NCBI GenBank assembly: GCA_963707955.1
Contig: OY970176.1
Coordinates: forward strand, 1,856,001-1,920,000
DNA from: Candidatus Bathyarchaeota archaeon
GTDB taxonomy: Archaea; Thermoproteota; Bathyarchaeia; Bathyarchaeales; Bathycorpusculaceae
DNA: 64,000 nucleotides
Direction of reading: 5' to 3'
Shown: in pieces, positions 59,531 through 64,000 of the stretch
How the letters are laid out: every line of letters begins with the position of its first letter
How positions within the stretch are numbered: position 1 is the first letter of the stretch
Translations under genes and position numbers: made by a program
The notes under the pieces: generated by a model
Seen by the model: the letters and a program-made list of their open reading frames with translations, nothing else
The model's database searches: none
What the model was told of the DNA's origin: nothing

Positions 59531-62500
59531 CGGCACACCTCCACCAGGGCAGCTTTGACCTGGGCAAGTATCTCTTCCGTAGTGAAGTGTCCTAATAAAA
59601 TTGCTTTGGTCGGGCATGCTGTTCCACATGCGCCGCAACCCTTGCACATGGCTTCGATCACATGCGCAATTGGCTTTCCATTCTTGTCCTTCATCTCAAC
59701 GGCGCCGTATGGGCACAGATGTTCACAAACTTTGCATCCGCTGCACAGGTCTTCGTTGACCTTTGCGATGATTCCTTCTGTCTCGAGCGTTTTCTTGGAC
59801 AGTATGGTTGTTGCCCTTGCGGCAGCCGCGCATGCTTGGGCAATGCTTTCGTCAATGTACTTCGGTGAGTGAGCCATTCCGCAGAGGAAGACGCCTTCTG
59901 TGGCAAAGTCAACAGGCCTGAGCTTCATGTGGACTTCCAAGAAGAACCCGTCTTTTGTGAGAGGTACTTTCAGCATTTCGGCCACATGCTTATTGTCAAT
60001 GTTCGGAATGGTCGCTGCGCTCAAGACCACCACGTCCGGTTCGACTGTCACTTCTTCCTTGAGTACAGGCTCCCAGAAGGTCACCTTGAGCTTGCCGTTC
60101 TCATTTACCACTCTTGGTTTCCGTTCGTCTTCATAATTGACGAACAAAACGCCCTTCGTTGAGGCTTCACGGTAGTAGTCCTCTTTGAACCCGTACGCGC
60201 GGACGTCTTTGTACAGGACTAGGACCTCTGTGTCAGGACATGCTTCCTTGATTTTCAAGGCGTTCTTTATTGCCTGCCCGCAGCATATTCTTGCGCAGTT
60301 TGGTCGTTCCTTGGTTCGAGCTCCGACACATTGAATCATGACAACGTTATTGGCCTTGAATGTGCCGTCTGCCAGCTTTTCCTCCAGCTCGTGTTGTGTA
60401 AGGATTCTCGGGTCTTGACCGTAAAGGTACTCTGTTGGCAGGTACTCGGTTGCGCCTGTGGCTATTATTACGACGCCAAGGTCGACTTCTTTTTCTTTGC
60501 CTTTGTGCGGCTTGATTTTTGCCTTGTAGTTGCCAACGAACCCTGTGATATCAGTTACTTCTGCGTCGGTGTAAACGTGTATTTTCTCGTTCTGTCTGAC
60601 CGCTTTGATCAAGCTGTCCAGCTTTTCCTTGGGCTTTTCATCCGGTTCAAGCAGGTAGTGAATTGTACGCAAATGTCCACCTAACTCTTTTTCCCGTTCA
60701 ACAAGATGAACATCGAACCCTTGGTTGGCGAGTTCAGAGGCCACAGTCATGCCTGCAACGCCGCCGCCTATGACCAAGCCGACTTGTGTAACGTTTATCC
60801 GAGGCTTCTCCAGCGGCTTCAGAAGGGCTGCCTTGGCAACTATCGACCTGACCAAATCCTTGGCTTTTTGAGTTGCCTTCTCAGGCTCGTGCATGTGCAC
60901 CCAACTGCACTGGTCCCGAATGTTGGTCATCTCGAAGAGGTATGGGTTCAGCCCGGCCTCTTGGACTGTTTCTTTGAATAGGGGTTCGTGCGTGCGTGGA
61001 GTACACGAGGCGACGACAACACGGTTTAGCTTATGCTCCTGAATTTTTTCCCTCATCAACTTCTGCGTATCTTGGGAACACGTGTAGACGTTTGCTTCTG
61101 CGTAAACCACGTTGGGCAAGGTCTTGGCATAGTCCACAACTCTGGGGACGTTCACCACGCCGCCGATGTTTATGCCGCAGTGGCAAATGAAAACTCCTAT
61201 TCGCGGTTGTTCTTTGCTTACGTCTCTTTCAGGCGGGTATTCTTTTGCAGTTATCAACTTTCCTCTTTCACTTGCGATTATGCCCATGGCCTTTGATGCT
61301 GCACCGCTTGATTGGGCAACGCTTTCAGGGATGTCCTTTGGTGCTGAAAAGGCTCCGCAGACAAACACGCCTGGCCTCGACGTTTCCATAGGCTCGAAGG
61401 TCTTTGTCTCGCAGAAGCCGTACTTGTTAAGCTTTATCCCTAGGATTTCAGCGAGTTTTTGAGCATTCTTAGGAGGCCGCATTCCAACTGAAAGGACAAC
61501 CATGTCAAACTCTTCTTTCTTGGGGTCCTCATTCTCAACGTAGTGCAGAACCAGGTTTCCAGTCAACGGGTCCTCTGAGATGCTTGCCACCCTTGACCTG
61601 ACAAAGTTTATGCCCCATTCCCCTTGGGCTCGGTTATAGTAGGCGTCAAACTCCTTTCCGTAGCAGCGCATGTCCATGTAGAAGATTGTACAATCCAGTG
61701 GGAAGGCGCTGTGCTCTTTGGCGATGACGGCTTCTTTGATGCCGTACATGCAGCATGCAGCAGAACAGTAGTTGTTTCCAAGCTGAGCGTCACGAGAGCC
61801 AACACATTGCACAAAAGCAATCTTTCGGGGTATCATCCCATCGAGTGGGCGCACGATTTTTCCGCCGAACGGGCCGGAAGCGCTCAGAATGCGCTCAAAT
61901 TCTATGCTCGAAACAACGTTCAAGAAACGGCCGTAACCATACTCTTTTTTCAGTCGGGGGTCAAATTCTTCAAACCCAGGTGCCAGTATTATGGATCCAA
62001 CGTTGATTTTGAGCGTTTCAGGCTTCTGATCAAAGTCCACGGCTTTAGCGGGACACACTCTTTCGCAGAGACGACATTTGATGCAGTGATCTTGGTCGAT
62101 GCAGTATTTCAGCGGCACTGCTTGGGGAAAAGGAACATAGATGGCTTTTCTTATGCCCATGTCAACGTCAAACTCATTCGGCACCTCAGTTGGGCAATTC
62201 TGTGCACAAACGCCGCAGCCCGTGCACTTTTCAACGTTCACAAGCGTTGGATGCTTCAGTATTGTGACTTCGAAAATCCCAGCTTCACCCTTAACCTCTT
62301 GTAATTCAGAATAAGTCAAGAGTTGAATGTTCGGATGTCTGCCTGCGGTAACGAGTTTCGGCGCCAGAATGCACATCGAACAATCGTTAGTTGGAAACGT
62401 TTTGTCCAGTTGCGCCATCGTTCCGCCGATGCTTGTTGATTCGTCAAGAAGGTAGACCTTAAAACCAGAATCCGCCAGATCCAAGGATGCTTGAATACCG

Positions 62501-62547
62501 GCGACTCCGCCGCCGACTACTAGAACGGCGCCGACCTTTCCGTTCAT
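59527..62547 (-). CDS. hdrA: heterodisulfide reductase subunit A, tandem two-FAD-domain form (1006 aa)
   Basis: Two GGGVAG motifs, LDKTFPTNDCSMC, two QCVG..C..CC motifs, ferredoxin motifs. Confidence 0.94.
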   Translation of the reverse strand: MNGKVGAVLVVGGGVAGIQASLDLADSGFKVYLLDESTSIGGTMAQLDKTFPTNDCSMCILAPKLVTAGRHPNIQLLTYSELQEVKGEAGIFEVTILKHPTLVNVEKCTGCGVCAQNCPTEVPNEFDVDMGIRKAIYVPFPQAVPLKYCIDQDHCIKCRLCERVCPAKAVDFDQKPETLKINVGSIILAPGFEEFDPRLKKEYGYGRFLNVVSSIEFERILSASGPFGGKIVRPLDGMIPRKIAFVQCVGSRDAQLGNNYCSAACCMYGIKEAVIAKEHSAFPLDCTIFYMDMRCYGKEFDAYYNRAQGEWGINFVRSRVASISEDPLTGNLVLHYVENEDPKKEEFDMVVLSVGMRPPKNAQKLAEILGIKLNKYGFCETKTFEPMETSRPGVFVCGAFSAPKDIPESVAQSSGAASKAMGIIASERGKLITAKEYPPERDVSKEQPRIGVFICHCGINIGGVVNVPRVVDYAKTLPNVVYAEANVYTCSQDTQKLMREKIQEHKLNRVVVASCTPRTHEPLFKETVQEAGLNPYLFEMTNIRDQCSWVHMHEPEKATQKAKDLVRSIVAKAALLKPLEKPRINVTQVGLVIGGGVAGMTVASELANQGFDVHLVEREKELGGHLRTIHYLLEPDEKPKEKLDSLIKAVRQNEKIHVYTDAEVTDITGFVGNYKAKIKPHKGKEKEVDLGVVIIATGATEYLPTEYLYGQDPRILTQHELEEKLADGTFKANNVVMIQCVGARTKERPNCARICCGQAIKNALKIKEACPDTEVLVLYKDVRAYGFKEDYYREASTKGVLFVNYEDERKPRVVNENGKLKVTFWEPVLKEEVTVEPDVVVLSAATIPNIDNKHVAEMLKVPLTKDGFFLEVHMKLRPVDFATEGVFLCGMAHSPKYIDESIAQACAAAARATTILSKKTLETEGIIAKVNEDLCSGCKVCEHLCPYGAVEMKDKNGKPIAHVIEAMCKGCGACGTACPTKAILLGHFTTEEILAQVKAALVEVCR

Positions 62548-62752
62548 AATTTTTCATCCTTGAATGGATTCAAAAGCTTTCCATATGTAAACCCCCTTAT
62601 TAATTTGATGTCATTTCTCACGTGAAATCTACGTTGTTCTAACAGCTTCGGGCACGGTCAAAACAGGCGTGTAACATCTCTTTTCTTGATCCATATGGAC
62701 GTTAAAGTCCAAAGCTATACTCTTATTAGCATGCGGTCCAAAGTAGAACTTA

Positions 62753-63256
62753 ATGGTGATTTCATTGAGTCACTTGGACGCCAACTTCATGCATGAAGTT
62801 GCTAACACGCCCAGGGGACGAGGGGTCCTTGCGTGTATACAGTGCGGAAGATGTACAAGCAGTTGTCCCGTTTCCAAGGTTGTACAAGAACATAACCCGC
62901 GAAAGTTGATGGAAATGATCATACTGGGCCTGCGTTCCGACGTGCTCGACGGACAGTTGCCATGGTACTGTCTATCATGTTTCACCTGCCTTGACAGGTG
63001 TCCACAAGGCGGAGACGTGGGAGAGGTCATGTTTGCAATAAGGAACTTGACGGCAAGGCAAGGAAACATTCCTGAGGGCATACTTGTCCAAGCTCAAAGT
63101 CTGTATGACAATGGACGAGTCGTGACTGCAGGCAGGATGGCCGTGATTCAAAGGGAGAAGTATGGTTTGTGCAAAGAACCGGCGGTTGATGTTAAAGCCG
63201 TGCAGAAGATTCTCAAAAAGACGCGTTTTGACAAGTTGCTGAAGAAGGGTTCGTGA
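62753..63256 (+). CDS. hdrC: heterodisulfide reductase subunit C (second copy)
   Basis: CIQCGRCTSSCP, WYCLSCFTCLDRCP. Confidence 0.9.
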   Translation: MVISLSHLDANFMHEVANTPRGRGVLACIQCGRCTSSCPVSKVVQEHNPRKLMEMIILGLRSDVLDGQLPWYCLSCFTCLDRCPQGGDVGEVMFAIRNLTARQGNIPEGILVQAQSLYDNGRVVTAGRMAVIQREKYGLCKEPAVDVKAVQKILKKTRFDKLLKKGS

Positions 63257-63261
63257 TATCT

Positions 63262-64000
63262 GTGAAATATGCTTTCTTCTTGGGCTGTTTGATACCTGCT
63301 AGGCAACCGCACTACGAGAATTCAGTCCGAAAGATTCTTCCTCAACTCGGCGTGGAGCTTGTCGATATGGATGGCGCAAACTGCTGTGCTCCGTTCAGCA
63401 TTCAATCTTTGGACTACACTAGTTGGCTTGCGTTGGCCGCCAGAAACCTCTGCATAGCTGAGCAGATGGGACTTAACATCATGACACTGTGCAACGACTG
63501 CTACGAATCTCTTCTGGCAGTGAACACGCTTTTGAAAGAGAACAAGGACCTGCGAGACAGTGTGAACAAGATTCTCTCTGATGTGGGCATGGAGTTCAAA
63601 GGAAAGACAGACGTCAAAATCTTCAGCGACGTTTTGTACGAGGACGTGGGCTTAGAAAAGGTGAAGGACGCTGTCAAGAAACCATTCGATGGACTTCGAG
63701 TGGCAGTGCAGCCAGGATGCCACCTGACAAAGCCTAAACGGATACATTTTGAACAGCAGATAGGTCAACTGGCCTTGGAAAAGCTTGTGGAGGCGACCGG
63801 TGCAATATCGGTACCGTACGAGAGAAAAGAGGCTTGTTGCGGCGGCCCGCTTCGAGGCATCAACGATGAAGTTGCGCTGCAGGTGGCAAAGCAAAAACTG
63901 GATTGTATGAGGGCCGCGGGGGTTGATTGCATAACAACTGTATGTCCATTCTGCTATCTGGAACTCGACATGGGACAGATAGAGATCAAAAGGCACCTAA
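63262..64000 (+). CDS. hdrB: heterodisulfide reductase subunit B (second copy, runs off the window)
   Basis: Own translation from GTG 63262: KYAFFLGCLIP, NCCAP, QPGCH, CCGG, VCPFC; no in-frame stop seen before the end. Confidence 0.9.
   Translation, partial: MKYAFFLGCLIPARQPHYENSVRKILPQLGVELVDMDGANCCAPFSIQSLDYTSWLALAARNLCIAEQMGLNIMTLCNDCYESLLAVNTLLKENKDLRDSVNKILSDVGMEFKGKTDVKIFSDVLYEDVGLEKVKDAVKKPFDGLRVAVQPGCHLTKPKRIHFEQQIGQLALEKLVEATGAISVPYERKEACCGGPLRGINDEVALQVAKQKLDCMRAAGVDCITTVCPFCYLELDMGQIEIKRHL

Noticed and set aside
55235-62547. Selenocysteine or pyrrolysine recoding in Mvh/Hdr
   Set aside because: All ligand positions are Cys and there are no in-frame stops.

Overview
Archaeal chromosomal window. 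Gene content and order suggest Bathyarchaeia (inference, not checked by search). It has two halves. About 1-31 kb is an accessory patchwork of short modules in both orientations: NfeD/stomatin, a bacterial-type glycogen-EMP-lactate set (glgP, fba, eno, pgi, pfk, GT4, ldh, pyk), an aRF1 paralog with GGM instead of GGQ, ion transporters, Amt and stress proteins. It also holds several decaying genes and orphan gene scraps. About 31-64 kb is mostly core genes: aIF2a-S27e-L44e-GINS-PriS-PriL-PCNA-TFS, RpoL/Csl4, Dph2, PpsA, L10e and an HdrABC-MvhADG operon, interrupted by small inserts. Three signals stand out. (1) A palindromic TAGCGCGCGCTA-type motif sits at module junctions and at gene-fragment breakpoints. 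(2) An 89-bp inverted duplication brackets the 17.5-kb carbohydrate block. (3) The full-length release-factor paralog has lost its catalytic and stop-reading motifs. I recognised no tRNA, rRNA, CRISPR array or transposase. All family calls are from motif recognition by eye.
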